Shown here: positions 19,301 to 30,982 of the stretch, in pieces
Layout of the letters: the number at the start of each line of letters is the position of its first letter
How positions within the stretch are numbered: position 1 is the stretch's first letter
Source of the DNA: Thermoplasmatales archaeon
Lineage (GTDB): Archaea; Thermoplasmatota; Thermoplasmata; Methanomassiliicoccales; Methanomethylophilaceae
Assembly (NCBI GenBank): GCA_012515075.1
Contig: JAAYZC010000002.1
Location: forward strand, 70,048-134,047
Length of the DNA stretch: 64,000 nt
Direction: 5' to 3'
Notes under the pieces: model-generated
What the model was told of the DNA's origin: nothing
The model's input: the letters and a program-made list of their open reading frames with translations, nothing else
The model's database searches: none
Made by a program: the position numbers and the translations under genes

Positions 19301-21689
19301 GTCCGTGAGGAAGCTTGAATCCATGTATCTGGTGACCAGGACGGATGTCACCTCCAAGAATAAATGGTACTTCTCCAGGTACAGCCCGGAACCCGAGGAC
19401 CGCGCACGGGCCATCGACAGGACGGTGTACAGATACCTGGGGTGCTTCGCGCCGGCCACGGTGCAGGAGGTCGCCTTCGCCCTGACCCTGACCGAGTCGG
19501 AGGCCCGCACATCCCTAGAGGCCCTGACGGCAGCCGGAGAGGTGTCGAGGGGAAGGTTCCTGATATCGGAGAGCGATCAATACATGCACAGGATCGACCA
19601 CATGAGGCTCCGCACAGGCAAGAACAACGTATACGACTTCGAGACGGTGGAGCGTTACAGGCGCCGCAAAGGGCGCCGGTTCGGTTCGATCAGGGAGTAC
19701 TTCGAGTTCTACGGCACCGCGGGTTCGGTGGTCGACGTCTTCAGCCGCGTGGAGGGGTTCGACCTCTCCCGGTGGCATGCGATGAGGGAGTCTGGCGAGA
19801 TACTGCTCGGAAGGTTCGCCCGCGGCAGGGTGAGGTACGTCCTATCTGAGGACGCGTACATGTACGCCGCCCTCAGGGAACCGCAGACCACCCCGTTCGA
19901 CGACAGGCTGCTGAGCATTATCTCCGGGATGGGAAGGGCCACGATGCGCGAGATTGTGAACCAGACGAAGATGGAAAGGGAGGAGGTGAAGGAGTCCCTC
20001 ATGCGCCTGGACCGCTCCCTGAAGCTGATAAGGGCCTTCGACGAGAGGGAGGACGGCGGATCCGAGAACATATACGAGGTCTTCGTCCCCAAGGTTCCTC
20101 CGGAGGACCCATTGGGACGCCTTCTCCGCAGGGCCATACTGGCTTACGGCCCGATACCCGCCGCGGGCCTGAGGCATCTACTCGGCCTGTCTCCCGAGGA
20201 TGCCGCCCGGGCCGCTATCGGAGCCGGGGCAGTCGCGATATCCGTCGGTGACGGGCAGACGCAGATGTTCATCATGCCCGAGGAGGTGTCTCTGCTGCAG
20301 GAGGACGGCGACGACGAAGAGGAGGAGATTAGGATACTGTCCCCCTACGATCCGGACCTGGCATCCAAATGGGCCGAGCTCAACTCCCTATACGGCGACC
20401 GCTGGGTATATCCGGCGGTCATGGGCAGTTCCATCGTGGGGGCCCTGGAGCTCTGGGAGATGTCGGGATGCATAGAGATAAGGTCCGTCGACATAAGGGA
20501 CCCGTCCTTTTTCCCCGGGGTACTGAGGGCCCTGGACTCCCTGATGGCATTCTTCAGGATGAAAGGCGTGGACATGGTGCGCATAAGGGAGGTCCTGAAC
20601 CGGGACGCCTCGGATTTGGAAGCGGAGACCGAGGCCGTTCTCAGGTCTTTCGGTTACAGGTTCGTGAACGGATTCTATGCCAAGGGCAGGTTCTCGGACA
20701 GGACGTTCTCAGAGGACGAGATCATAGGCTACGTGCTGAGGAAACAGCGCGTCCTGAGATCCGAAAGGTATACGACGGTCTACGAGGCCGTGGCGGCTCG
20801 CGGGTACATACGCGGGGACGCGGAGATACTGACGAGGGTGGCGGAGCGCACCACGATGAAGAAGCTGATGGAGAGGGGGCTGCTGATGGAGACCTCGCTG
20901 ATACCCCCATACATCGGATACACCACCCCGGAGTTCGCCTACCTCTACAGAGCGGCAAAGGAGCACGAAACGGACGACGACATGAGGATGCTCATATCTC
21001 TGATAAAGGATCACCAGCCGGTCTCCAAGAAGAAGATGCTGGAGAAGTCCATACTTTCTGAGGACAGGACCTCCGAGGCCCTGAACCGCCTTTTCAGGGA
21101 GACCGCGGTGTTCCGCGATGCCTCATCCCAATACGGGCTTGTGCAGCTGCGGAAGATGGACCGCGCGGACGCCGTCAGGGAAGTGATAAGGATGCACTTT
21201 CGCGATTTCGGGATCTTCTCGGCGGAGGGGCTGGGACAGTTCACGGGATTCAGGATGCCGGCGGTGCGCAGGGCCCTTCTGGAGCTCGAGGACGAAGGTT
21301 TCCTCGTCAAAGGGTTCTTCCTACGGGGCGATGCGACGCCCCGCTGGATGCTGAAGGAGGACGCGGACATCACCGTCGACACTCCGGAGGAGATGATCCT
21401 CCTGAACACACAGGACAACCTCCATCTGTACCTCCGTGACATGATAAAGCGGGAATGCGGAGCAAGCGAGAACGTGATCTTCCAGGGCACGAGGATCGTG
21501 GCGTCTTTCAAAGGCAAGCTGACCGCGACGGGGGCCAAGATCGAGGGGTTCAGGGGATCCCCAGAGGCTTACAGGTTCCTCATGGAGACCGCCAGATCCC
21601 TGGGTGTGAAGATCGGCAGGGAGAAGGAAGAGGAAGAAGAGGAATGGGACCCGGCCGAGTTCTATCTGAAGACCAACCCGGGTGCCTGA
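16329..21689 (+). CDS. lhr: Lhr-family SF2 helicase with a roughly 900-aa C-terminal wHTH/HTH_42-like extension
   Basis: SPTGSGKT, SPLKAL, DEIH, GLSAT, LELGID, QRIGRSGH, GTIP, PSW.GE. The extension has three F/YGP-like repeats. Confidence 0.92.
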   Translation: MQRADRTYTKEEVMDLMEPLVSAWFRERFDTLTEPQARAVPVIHERKNVLVSSPTGSGKTLTAFTSIINELTRYASEGKLEERVYCIYISPLKALANDIERNLNTPLAEMRAVAEAHGMNIPDIRVAVRSGDTPPNERQKMLRHPPHILITTPESMALILAAPKFRERISQVEWVILDEIHDICDSKRGAFLSLTLERLREFCEKDFTRIGLSATLAPIDAIAGFLAGVDPKGETRDVTLVESGSKKQLDLRVICPTEDMTALSSDIVNSMMYDELKELIDTHETTLVFTNTRSGAESVVYKLKERGLDNVEVHHSSLGRDIRLNVEERLKRGEIKCVVSSTSLELGIDIGSVDLVCQIGSPKSVAKGLQRIGRSGHSMGKVAKGRLLVFDPDDLVECAVMCRAAHRSDIDRVGIPENSLDVLSQTVVGMSLDKRWEVDRAFAVIKGSYCYRNLSMERFVSVLKYLGSKDEFEGVYSKIWYDEAEGVFGRKKGSRMIYYMNLGTIPEEANYRVITNHGSIAGELSEKFVERLSPRDIFVLGGRSFEFVRSKGMTAYVKEATGRKPTVPSWAGEMLPRSFDLSVDVAEFRREMAGRMDDSPANIKALSDEFDIDEGSARSLVSYFKEQQAVCGLIPDDKVLAVEEYIDPSGNQRLIFHFPFGRRVNDALSRGYAYRISNIVGSNVSVTMSDDNFMIGTPRKVDPAKIPGLLSSNDLGGILRKAVKDSEIFKLRFRHTAARSFMILRNYMGRPISINRQQLRSTYLLESLAEMEDFPVIEETYREVLEDDMDIKNARYILSLIEKGEVEMVPIPFSGTPSPFAHSIILTGFSDIVLMEDRSALLRELHRKVLYRALGDSVRDFEFEEDQVVPYFREKAGRITCKEDIPRLLMRTGPLQALRERGRNIYSYADDDKKTVDGWVRELLKEGSIGTVFLDEPHIMAVAEIRHYAAATRKERELTETDAAVLGCVEGQVALSDITERLGISEDVTFRSVRKLESMYLVTRTDVTSKNKWYFSRYSPEPEDRARAIDRTVYRYLGCFAPATVQEVAFALTLTESEARTSLEALTAAGEVSRGRFLISESDQYMHRIDHMRLRTGKNNVYDFETVERYRRRKGRRFGSIREYFEFYGTAGSVVDVFSRVEGFDLSRWHAMRESGEILLGRFARGRVRYVLSEDAYMYAALREPQTTPFDDRLLSIISGMGRATMREIVNQTKMEREEVKESLMRLDRSLKLIRAFDEREDGGSENIYEVFVPKVPPEDPLGRLLRRAILAYGPIPAAGLRHLLGLSPEDAARAAIGAGAVAISVGDGQTQMFIMPEEVSLLQEDGDDEEEEIRILSPYDPDLASKWAELNSLYGDRWVYPAVMGSSIVGALELWEMSGCIEIRSVDIRDPSFFPGVLRALDSLMAFFRMKGVDMVRIREVLNRDASDLEAETEAVLRSFGYRFVNGFYAKGRFSDRTFSEDEIIGYVLRKQRVLRSERYTTVYEAVAARGYIRGDAEILTRVAERTTMKKLMERGLLMETSLIPPYIGYTTPEFAYLYRAAKEHETDDDMRMLISLIKDHQPVSKKKMLEKSILSEDRTSEALNRLFRETAVFRDASSQYGLVQLRKMDRADAVREVIRMHFRDFGIFSAEGLGQFTGFRMPAVRRALLELEDEGFLVKGFFLRGDATPRWMLKEDADITVDTPEEMILLNTQDNLHLYLRDMIKRECGASENVIFQGTRIVASFKGKLTATGAKIEGFRGSPEAYRFLMETARSLGVKIGREKEEEEEEWDPAEFYLKTNPGA

Positions 21690-21735
21690 GCCCGATTATG
21701 TCATGATTAAATACCCGGTTCGCCATGGTTCAGAC

Positions 21736-22128
21736 ATGAAGATACCCTGTGAGCTGGTCGTATGGTACGTCCTCCCCACGATACGCAGGGAGGTCGCCAA
21801 AGAGCTCGTGGAGGTCCACAAGATGTCGCAGGCGCAGGTGGCGAGGATGTTCGGAGTCACCGACGCAGCCATATCCCAGTATCTCAAAAGGAAGAGGGGC
21901 GACAACCCTCTGATAGAGGACAGCCCCCATCACGACCTCTTCGCCGAAGAGATAAAGGCCGCAGCGTCCAGGATGGCCCTCGAGGGCTCCGATTTCGCCA
22001 ACGAGATCTGCAACATATGCACCATCGTGAAGAAGACGGGGATGCTGGCCCGCATATACGAGGTTCAGATGGGATGCTCGCCGCCGCTATGCGCCTGCGA
22101 GCGCGACCGCATGATAATATCGCTGTGA
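21736..22128 (+). CDS. HTH transcriptional regulator (COG2522-like)
   Basis: PCE..V...LP.IR...SQAQVA..FGVTDAAISQYLKRKRG, plus CxxC. The 3' end overlaps the convergent glycosylase gene. Confidence 0.85.
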   Translation: MKIPCELVVWYVLPTIRREVAKELVEVHKMSQAQVARMFGVTDAAISQYLKRKRGDNPLIEDSPHHDLFAEEIKAAASRMALEGSDFANEICNICTIVKKTGMLARIYEVQMGCSPPLCACERDRMIISL

Positions 22129-22904
22129 TAGAGCAGCTCCTGGGCGTATCCGGCATAAGAACCGAACCTTTCCCTTCCGAAGGCCGCCAGACGGTCGTAT
22201 CCGCCCCTTACCCCGTACACTTTTTCCAGGGACCGGGATATTCTCGCATCCACCGGGAAGGCCTCCAGATGACCGTAGGCGAACAGGCATACGCAATCTG
22301 CAACCTTCGGGCCTATGCCCGTTACTCCGAGCAGCGTGCGCCTGCACTCCGGATAGTCCATCTCCTTCAACGCCTCTGGATCCAGAATCCCATCCTCGAC
22401 GATTTGTGCCAGCATGATCAGGCGGTCCTTCCTGTATCCCAGTCTGCACGAGTCTATGCGGTCGATGCCTTCCAGTATATCCGCGGGAGAGGGGAAGGAC
22501 GCCCTCCCCTTCCCGATGTCGCGGCCCAGCTCCCTGCATACGGAATCGATCATGCATCCGATCCTCTTCACATTGGCATTCGTGGCGAGGATGTAGGTCG
22601 CGGTGCACTCCCACGCCGGCTGCCTCAGGATACGCATGCCCGGGCACATCACCGCCAGAGAGGACACATGGTTGTCGCGCGAGGATATGTCGGAGTATAT
22701 CACCTTGAGATCGTCCTCTGCCCGGAAATAGTGTTTCAAAGCAGATTCCGATGTACCCGAGAATTCCAGACCGTCCTCCGTCTGCCTTATGTCGGCGGCA
22801 TCGTTGCCGATGACGCCCTCCCAGACGTCCCCGTTCTTCCTCCACCTGTGGGCCTGACCGCAGCCCAGGGTCGGATCCAGGGCCACATCCATCTCCATCC
22901 TCAT
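22065..22904 (-). CDS. 8-oxoguanine DNA glycosylase, OGG1-type (HhH-GPD)
   Basis: TLGCGQAHRW, LGYR, HhH GIGPKVADC with catalytic Lys, FPVD, AGYAQELLY. Confidence 0.9.
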   Translation of the reverse strand: MRMEMDVALDPTLGCGQAHRWRKNGDVWEGVIGNDAADIRQTEDGLEFSGTSESALKHYFRAEDDLKVIYSDISSRDNHVSSLAVMCPGMRILRQPAWECTATYILATNANVKRIGCMIDSVCRELGRDIGKGRASFPSPADILEGIDRIDSCRLGYRKDRLIMLAQIVEDGILDPEALKEMDYPECRRTLLGVTGIGPKVADCVCLFAYGHLEAFPVDARISRSLEKVYGVRGGYDRLAAFGRERFGSYAGYAQELLYHSDIIMRSRSQAHSGGEHPI

Positions 22905-22968
22905 GAGACCGGGGAGAGAATCCGCGGATAATAACGTTTCATAAATACTTCGGCGCACATACGCCATC

Positions 22969-23778
22969 ATGAGATTTGGCCCGTCGGGATACCCAAAGAG
23001 CAGCAAGAATCCGGAGGAGGCCTTCAGGATGATAAGGGGTATGGGCCTGGACGCCCTCGAGGTAGGATTCGTAAGGGGTGCCAGAATCGCCCCGGAGAGG
23101 GCCGAGGCCGTGGGGAAGGCGGCGGCGGAGAACGGGATCAGACTAAGCTGCCACGCCCCCTACTTCATAAGCTTCAACTCAGACAATCCCGAGACGCGGG
23201 AGAAGAGCCTAGGGTGGGTGATGGACACCGTCCGCGCCGCCCACGCGATGAGGGCCTACGTCATAGTCATCCATGCGGCGACCTACGGTAAGTCGCCCGA
23301 GACCGCCACACACTCGGTCATAGAAGGCCTGAACAGGTGCAGGTCTATGATGGATGACGAGGGCATAGACGACGTCATGCTGGGTTTGGAGACCATGGGC
23401 AAGACGGGCGCCTGGGGAACGCTGCGGGAGATATCCGAGGTCATGGACAGCGTGGAAGGATCCTGCGCTGTGCTGGACGTCGCCCACGTGCATGCCCGCG
23501 GCAGGGGATGCCTGCGGTCCGAGGACGACATGAGTTCCCTGCTGGAGGAGTTCTTCCCGCTTGCGGGGGATGTGGCCCATTTCCACATAAGCTGCATAAA
23601 ATACGGGGACAAGGGTGAGATATCCCACCTGCCGCTGGCATCGAGGGATCCCGATCTGTCTCTGCTTGCATCGGTTCTGGAAGACGAGGGTAGGGACTGC
23701 ACCTTCATATGCGAGTCTCCGCTGATGGAAGCGGACGCGGTCGTCTTCAGGGACATGTTCCCCAAGTACCGTATCTAA
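22969..23778 (+). CDS. nfo: Endonuclease IV (AP endonuclease)
   Basis: RFGPSG, HAPY, IH, ETMGK, DVAHVHAR, HIS, ICESP. Confidence 0.9.
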   Translation: MRFGPSGYPKSSKNPEEAFRMIRGMGLDALEVGFVRGARIAPERAEAVGKAAAENGIRLSCHAPYFISFNSDNPETREKSLGWVMDTVRAAHAMRAYVIVIHAATYGKSPETATHSVIEGLNRCRSMMDDEGIDDVMLGLETMGKTGAWGTLREISEVMDSVEGSCAVLDVAHVHARGRGCLRSEDDMSSLLEEFFPLAGDVAHFHISCIKYGDKGEISHLPLASRDPDLSLLASVLEDEGRDCTFICESPLMEADAVVFRDMFPKYRI

Positions 23779-23814
23779 ACCTTTATATCGAATATCACGC
23801 TTAGCGAAGGCAAC

Positions 23815-23889
23815 GCCACTGTGGCTCAGAGGTAGAGCGACTGATTCGTAATCAGTTGGTCGGGGGTTCGATTCCCTCCAGTGGCTCCA
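23815..23889 (+). tRNA. tRNA-Thr(CGU)
   Basis: GCCACTG/CAGTGGC acceptor, anticodon arm ACTGA-TTCGTAA-TCAGT, TTCGATT loop, encoded CCA; upstream TTTATA. Confidence 0.96.
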
Positions 23890-23927
23890 TCACTTCTCGG
23901 CGCGGTCCTTTACTCAGACCCGTCCGC

Positions 23928-25199
23928 TCATTTCAGGTATTGGCTCACTATCTTTATCGCGCAGACGTCCCCGCACATCGAACACCCCTCCTCCTTCTCC
24001 GTGGTTCCGCGGGACCTGTATCTTCTGGCCTTTTCCTCGTCTATGCATATGCTGAACATGGAGTCCCAGTCCAGTTTCTTCCTGGCCTCCGCCATCATCG
24101 TGTCGCGTTCCGCGCCCTTTCCGCGGGCACGGTCCCCCACATGGGCAGCTATTTTAGAGGCGATAACCCCCTCTCTGACGTCGTCCACGTCCGGAAGCGA
24201 AAGGTGCTCCGCCGGTGTGAGGTAGCAGAGGAAGTCCGCCCCGGCCTGGGCAGCGACCGCGCCGCCGATCGCCCCGACGATGTGATCGTACCCGGGCGCT
24301 ATGTCCGTAACAAGGGGGCCCAGGACGTAGAATGGGGCCCCGTCGCAGAGCCTCTTCTCCAGCTGCACGTTCGCCGCCACGTAGTCCAGGGGCACGTGCC
24401 CGGGACCTTCGACCATGCACTGGACCCCCGCCTCACGGGATCTCCTGACGAGATGACCCAGAGTCATGAGTTCCGATATCTGCGCCTGGTCCGTTGCATC
24501 GTCGATGCATCCTGGCCTGAAACCGTCTCCGAGTGACAGGGCGAAATCGTACTCGGCCGCCATCTCCAGCAGATAGTCGAAGTTCCTGTAAAGGGGGTTC
24601 TCCTCCTCGTTGTGCAGTATCCAGGCAGTCAGGAAGGAGCCTCCGCGGGAGACCACGTCCGTTATCCTGCTCGTCTTTTTCAGCCAGGCGACGTTCTCCT
24701 TGGTTATCCCGCAGTGGACGGTCATGAAATCCATCCCGTCCTCTGCGTGCTTCTCTATTCCGCTGAAGATGTCGTCCTCCGTCATATCCACGACGGCGTT
24801 CCTCCTGGCAGCCACGAGCCCGGTCTGGTATATCGGAACGGATCCGATCATAACCGGGCATTCCGAGATGAGCCTGGACCTTATGGCGTCTATGTCCCCG
24901 CCGGTGCTGAGGTCCATCACGGCGTCTGTCCCGTACCTCAGGGCCACGCGAAGCTTCTCCAGCTCGCTCTCCAGGCACGCCATGTCCCTGGACGTTCCCA
25001 GGTTGACGTTGACCTTCACGGACATGCCGTCGCCGATAGCCGCCGGAACGGGGTCATGCACGGGATTGCAGGGCGCTACGATGCGGCCGGATGCTATGCC
25101 CCTCCTGACGAAATCCTCGCTCACCCCCTCCTTCTTGGCGATCTCCTTCATTCCGGGTGTTATGACGCCCCTGCGGGCCTCCTGCATGACGGTACTCAT
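23928..25199 (-). CDS. thiC: Phosphomethylpyrimidine synthase (ThiC family)
   Basis: KVNVNLGTS, MDLSTGG, SRGGS, DGFRPG, EGPGH, PAEHL, CSMCGDVC. A BzaF-type paralogue cannot be excluded by eye. Confidence 0.9.
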   Translation of the reverse strand: MSTVMQEARRGVITPGMKEIAKKEGVSEDFVRRGIASGRIVAPCNPVHDPVPAAIGDGMSVKVNVNLGTSRDMACLESELEKLRVALRYGTDAVMDLSTGGDIDAIRSRLISECPVMIGSVPIYQTGLVAARRNAVVDMTEDDIFSGIEKHAEDGMDFMTVHCGITKENVAWLKKTSRITDVVSRGGSFLTAWILHNEEENPLYRNFDYLLEMAAEYDFALSLGDGFRPGCIDDATDQAQISELMTLGHLVRRSREAGVQCMVEGPGHVPLDYVAANVQLEKRLCDGAPFYVLGPLVTDIAPGYDHIVGAIGGAVAAQAGADFLCYLTPAEHLSLPDVDDVREGVIASKIAAHVGDRARGKGAERDTMMAEARKKLDWDSMFSICIDEEKARRYRSRGTTEKEEGCSMCGDVCAIKIVSQYLK

Positions 25200-25303
25200 C
25201 TTATATCGTACCCTGAACGACTGCGCGGTATATCATCGTTGCCAGGCATGTGCCCCGTTGCCATGCTCCCGATGCTTTCTCTCGCGCGCGTACGATTATA
25301 TAG

Positions 25304-27259
<1,956 letters not shown>

Positions 27260-27261
27260 CC

Positions 27262-29727
27262 ATGGACGGAGACGGCAAAGAGATTCGGCCCAAGGTCGTA
27301 ATGCAGAGCATCGAGAGGGAGATGAAGCGCTCCTACATCGATTATTCGATGAGCGTCATAGTAGGCAGGGCGCTCCCAGATGCCCGCGACGGACTGAAAC
27401 CGGTTCACAGGAAGATACTGTACGCAATGTATGACATGAGCCTTGCCCACAACCGCCCCCACAAGAAGTCCGCCACCGTGGTGGGAGAGGTCCTGGGTAA
27501 GTACCACCCCCACGGAGACTCTGCGGCATACGATTCAATGGTGAGGATGGCGCAGCCGTTCTCCCTGAGGTATCCTCTGGTGGACGGACAGGGGAACTTC
27601 GGTTCCGTGGACGGCGACTCTGCCGCGGCCATGCGTTACACCGAGGCCCGCCTTACCAAGGCGGCCGGGGACCTTCTCATGGACCTCGACAAGGAAACCG
27701 TGGATTTCACGGACAACTTCGACGGGTCCCGCAAGGAACCGACCGTCCTGCCCAGCAAGTTCCCGAACCTTCTGGTGAACGGGTCTGATGGGATAGCCGT
27801 AGGCATGGCGACCAAGATGCCGCCACACAACCTCTCCGAGGTCTGCGAAGGCCTGGTGCACATGGTTGACAACCCGGATGCGGGCGTCACGGAGCTGATG
27901 CAGTTCGTCCGCGGTCCCGACTTCCCCACCGGGGGGACCATATACGGCATGTCCGGCATACTGTCCGCCTACAGTACCGGCCGCGGCAAGGTGAAGGTGA
28001 GAGCCAACACCCATTTCGAGGAGATGGGCAACGGGAAGACCAGGATAGTAGTGGACGAGATCCCCTACCAGGTCAACAAGGCCATGCTCATACAGCAGAT
28101 AGCCGAGAGGGTCAACGAGAAGGAGATCGAAGGGATCACCGATTTGCGCGACGAATCTGACAGGAACGGTATGCGCATAGTGATAGAGCTTCACAGGGAC
28201 GCCATGGAGAACGTGGTCCTCGAGAACCTTTTCAAGAAGACAAACATGGAGGTGACCTACGGAATCATCAACCTGGCACTGGTAGAAAACCGCCCCACGC
28301 TCCTGTCCCTCAGGGACCTCATGTTCCAGTACGTATCCCACAGGAAGGACGTGGTGGTCCGCAGGACCGGCTACGAGCTTTCCGAGGCCGAGAAGAGGCT
28401 CCACATCCTGGAGGGCCTGACCAGGGCAACCAACATGCTGGACGATACCATAGCCCTCATAAGGGCCTCCAAGAGCGGCGAAGAGGCGAACGAGGGCCTG
28501 CAGGATCTCCTGGGCATAGACCGGGAGCAGGCCAAGGCGATACTCGAGATGAGGATGCAGAGGCTCACCGGCATGGAGCTGGAGTCCATAAGGACCGAGC
28601 ACGACCAGCTGGTGGAGAGCGTAAGGGACCTCAGGGACATCCTGTCGAACGATTCCAGGATCCGCGAGATAATAAAAGCCGAACTCAACGATATGAAGGA
28701 GTCTTACGGCGACGAGCGTCGCACCTTCATAGACCCCAATGCTATAGACTCGGACGAGGAGGACCTGATACCCAACGAGGATGTGGTAATCACCATCACC
28801 ACCGACAACTACATCAAACGCATACCTCTGAGCACCTACCGCGCGCAGGGGCGCGGAGGGGTCGGGCTGAAGGGCATGCAGACCAAGGAAGAGGACGACG
28901 TGGTGAGCATGTTCGTGACGAAGTCCCACGATTACGTCATGTTCATAACCAACCACGGCCGCCTGCACTGGCTGAAAGGGTACAGGATACCGGAGGGCAG
29001 CAGGCAGTCCAAGGGGAAGCCAGTCGTCAACATACTCTCGGATCTGGAGGAGGGGGAGAAGGTCGTCAACACGATCTGTGTGGGAGAGTTCAGGGACGAC
29101 CTATATCTGGCCTTCTGCACCAGGGGCGGCATACTCAAGAAGACCCCTCTCAGCGCATACGGCAACGTGAGGAGCAGGGGGATAAAGGCCATCAAACTGG
29201 ACGGGGACGACGAGCTCGTGGAGACCGGCATGACCGACGGGGACGACGAGATAATAATCGCCACCCGGGAAGGCCAGGCTGTCCGCTTCCACGAATCCGA
29301 CGTTCGCCCCACCGGAAGGGACACCATGGGTGTTAAGGGAGCCACCCTCAACCCCGGCGACAGCGTGGTTTCCATGGCCATAGTGAAGAGCGAGGACATG
29401 CTACTTACAGTCACCGAGAACGGGTACGGCAAGATATCCAACGTTGCGGACTACCGCAAGACCCGTCGCGGAAGCAAGGGCGTAATAACCATCAAGACCG
29501 GGGACAGGAACGGTTCAGTGGTCTGTGTCAGGAAGGTCGCGATCGAGGATGACATAATGGTAACGTCCAAGCAGGGCAAGATCATACGCATGCGCGTCGA
29601 GGAGATACGCGTGACCGGGCGCAACGCCATGGGGGTCCGGATAATGGACGTGCGCAAAGACGACAAGATAACGGCCGTAGAGCCCCTGGTGGTGGACGGG
29701 GATGTCCCCGAGGAGGAAGGGGTTTGA
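27262..29727 (+). CDS. gyrA: DNA gyrase subunit A
   Basis: [26 protein letters not shown], GyrA box QGRGGVG, beta-pinwheel repeats. Confidence 0.97.
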   Translation: MDGDGKEIRPKVVMQSIEREMKRSYIDYSMSVIVGRALPDARDGLKPVHRKILYAMYDMSLAHNRPHKKSATVVGEVLGKYHPHGDSAAYDSMVRMAQPFSLRYPLVDGQGNFGSVDGDSAAAMRYTEARLTKAAGDLLMDLDKETVDFTDNFDGSRKEPTVLPSKFPNLLVNGSDGIAVGMATKMPPHNLSEVCEGLVHMVDNPDAGVTELMQFVRGPDFPTGGTIYGMSGILSAYSTGRGKVKVRANTHFEEMGNGKTRIVVDEIPYQVNKAMLIQQIAERVNEKEIEGITDLRDESDRNGMRIVIELHRDAMENVVLENLFKKTNMEVTYGIINLALVENRPTLLSLRDLMFQYVSHRKDVVVRRTGYELSEAEKRLHILEGLTRATNMLDDTIALIRASKSGEEANEGLQDLLGIDREQAKAILEMRMQRLTGMELESIRTEHDQLVESVRDLRDILSNDSRIREIIKAELNDMKESYGDERRTFIDPNAIDSDEEDLIPNEDVVITITTDNYIKRIPLSTYRAQGRGGVGLKGMQTKEEDDVVSMFVTKSHDYVMFITNHGRLHWLKGYRIPEGSRQSKGKPVVNILSDLEEGEKVVNTICVGEFRDDLYLAFCTRGGILKKTPLSAYGNVRSRGIKAIKLDGDDELVETGMTDGDDEIIIATREGQAVRFHESDVRPTGRDTMGVKGATLNPGDSVVSMAIVKSEDMLLTVTENGYGKISNVADYRKTRRGSKGVITIKTGDRNGSVVCVRKVAIEDDIMVTSKQGKIIRMRVEEIRVTGRNAMGVRIMDVRKDDKITAVEPLVVDGDVPEEEGV

Positions 29728-30077
29728 GGCCGGGGAGGAACGCGACGGCATACGCGGGGCTGGTCGTTTCGGCGGCGGCCCCGTTCCTGGCGGCCGTCGT
29801 GTTCCTGCTCCTGTCGCCCGGGACAGACATCCTCTCGGGTGACTGGGACGACCCTTCCTATCTGGGGGCTGTCCTGTCCCTCACGCTCACCGTGGTGCTG
29901 TCTCTGAATCTCGCGGTGTACGTCTGGAACATGATCCTGACATACCGCTCCGTGGAAGAGGCCGAGAGCATAGTCTGCTACCGTCTATCCGGAGAGTCCC
30001 CTTTCCCGGAGCAGGTGCCGAAGGAAGAGCCAGAGACAAGGGGCAAGATGCCTCCCGAGAGTCCGGGGGACCAGTAA
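29724..30077 (+). CDS. Hypothetical two-TM membrane protein
   Basis: Two hydrophobic helices; TTG start overlaps the gyrA stop. Confidence 0.6.
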   Translation: MRPGRNATAYAGLVVSAAAPFLAAVVFLLLSPGTDILSGDWDDPSYLGAVLSLTLTVVLSLNLAVYVWNMILTYRSVEEAESIVCYRLSGESPFPEQVPKEEPETRGKMPPESPGDQ

Positions 30078-30112
30078 ACTTTATAAAAAGACTATCCATA
30101 GGGGGGAATCGC

Positions 30113-30188
30113 GCCGTGGTAACTCAGTTGGGAGAGTGCATGACTGAAGATCATGAAGTCGCTGGTTCGAGCCCGGCTCACGGCACCA
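30113..30188 (+). tRNA. tRNA-Phe(GAA)
   Basis: GCCGTGG/TCACGGC acceptor, CATGA-CTGAAGA-TCATG anticodon arm, encoded CCA; upstream TTTATAAA. Confidence 0.96.
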
Positions 30189-30272
30189 TACCTTCCTATC
30201 GATCCCCGGACGACGTTCGGAATTTGAATACCGATAAATACGCAACGGCGTGTCTTTTCGGGAGGGGTTGCC

Positions 30273-30437
30273 ATGGACAAGGTGTTCATCGATGTCAGGA
30301 CGAGTGACCTCACCCTCACCGAGGTCCTTCGCATGATCGAGGAGATCCAGGCGGAGAACCCAGATTACGATATATTCCTGGACGGGGACACCCATACCAT
30401 AATGGGAAGACCCAGGGTCAACCTTTGGGAGAGATAA
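30273..30437 (+). CDS. Small acidic hypothetical protein (54 aa), absent from the ORF track
   Basis: MDKVFIDVRTSDLTLTEVLRMIEEIQAENPDYDIFLDGDTHTIMGRPRVNLWER*. GGAGG RBS, host-like codon usage, ends 2 nt before the DUF531 start. Confidence 0.75.
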   Translation: MDKVFIDVRTSDLTLTEVLRMIEEIQAENPDYDIFLDGDTHTIMGRPRVNLWER

Positions 30438-30439
30438 AA

Positions 30440-30982
30440 TTGGGGCGCGGAAGGATAACCATAGGACTTTACAACTCATACGATCCGGTAAGATTCAGAG
30501 AGCCTCACAGGCGGATCCTGGCCAGGACGGGGGACCTGGCGCTGGCATTCGATATGAACCTGGCGCTGTTCGGTTTCCCGATCCCAGAGGATGCAGGCAC
30601 TCCCCGGGAGATGGCGGAGTGGGTGGCCGGTACCACCAGCATAGGCGAGCACGGGGAATACTTCGTGCAGCTGGCGGAGAAGGGCAGGTTCCACAGGTTT
30701 CCCTATCCTTCAAAGGGGTTCCCGCCGCAGCTCGGCGAAGCCGTGCTCACCACAAGCAAGCCCTCCCCCGGGAAGTCGGTGTCGCTGAGGGAGGTCACCG
30801 AAATGGCGGGAAGCGGACGCAGCGTCCTACTCCTTTTCGGGATAGGTCCGCACGGGGTTCCGAAGGATGTGGCATCGATCCCGAAGTACAACCTCGACAT
30901 AACCGGAGGAGGATACTCCCTGGAGACCTGCACCGCCCTGGGGGCGGTCTGCGGGGCCATACGTGCGACTGCGGATCAGTAG
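30440..30982 (+). CDS. DUF531 family (SPOUT-like) protein
   Basis: TIGLYNSYD, EPHRR, LALFGFP, FPPQLG, GIGPHG, SLETCTA. Confidence 0.85.
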   Translation: MGRGRITIGLYNSYDPVRFREPHRRILARTGDLALAFDMNLALFGFPIPEDAGTPREMAEWVAGTTSIGEHGEYFVQLAEKGRFHRFPYPSKGFPPQLGEAVLTTSKPSPGKSVSLREVTEMAGSGRSVLLLFGIGPHGVPKDVASIPKYNLDITGGGYSLETCTALGAVCGAIRATADQ

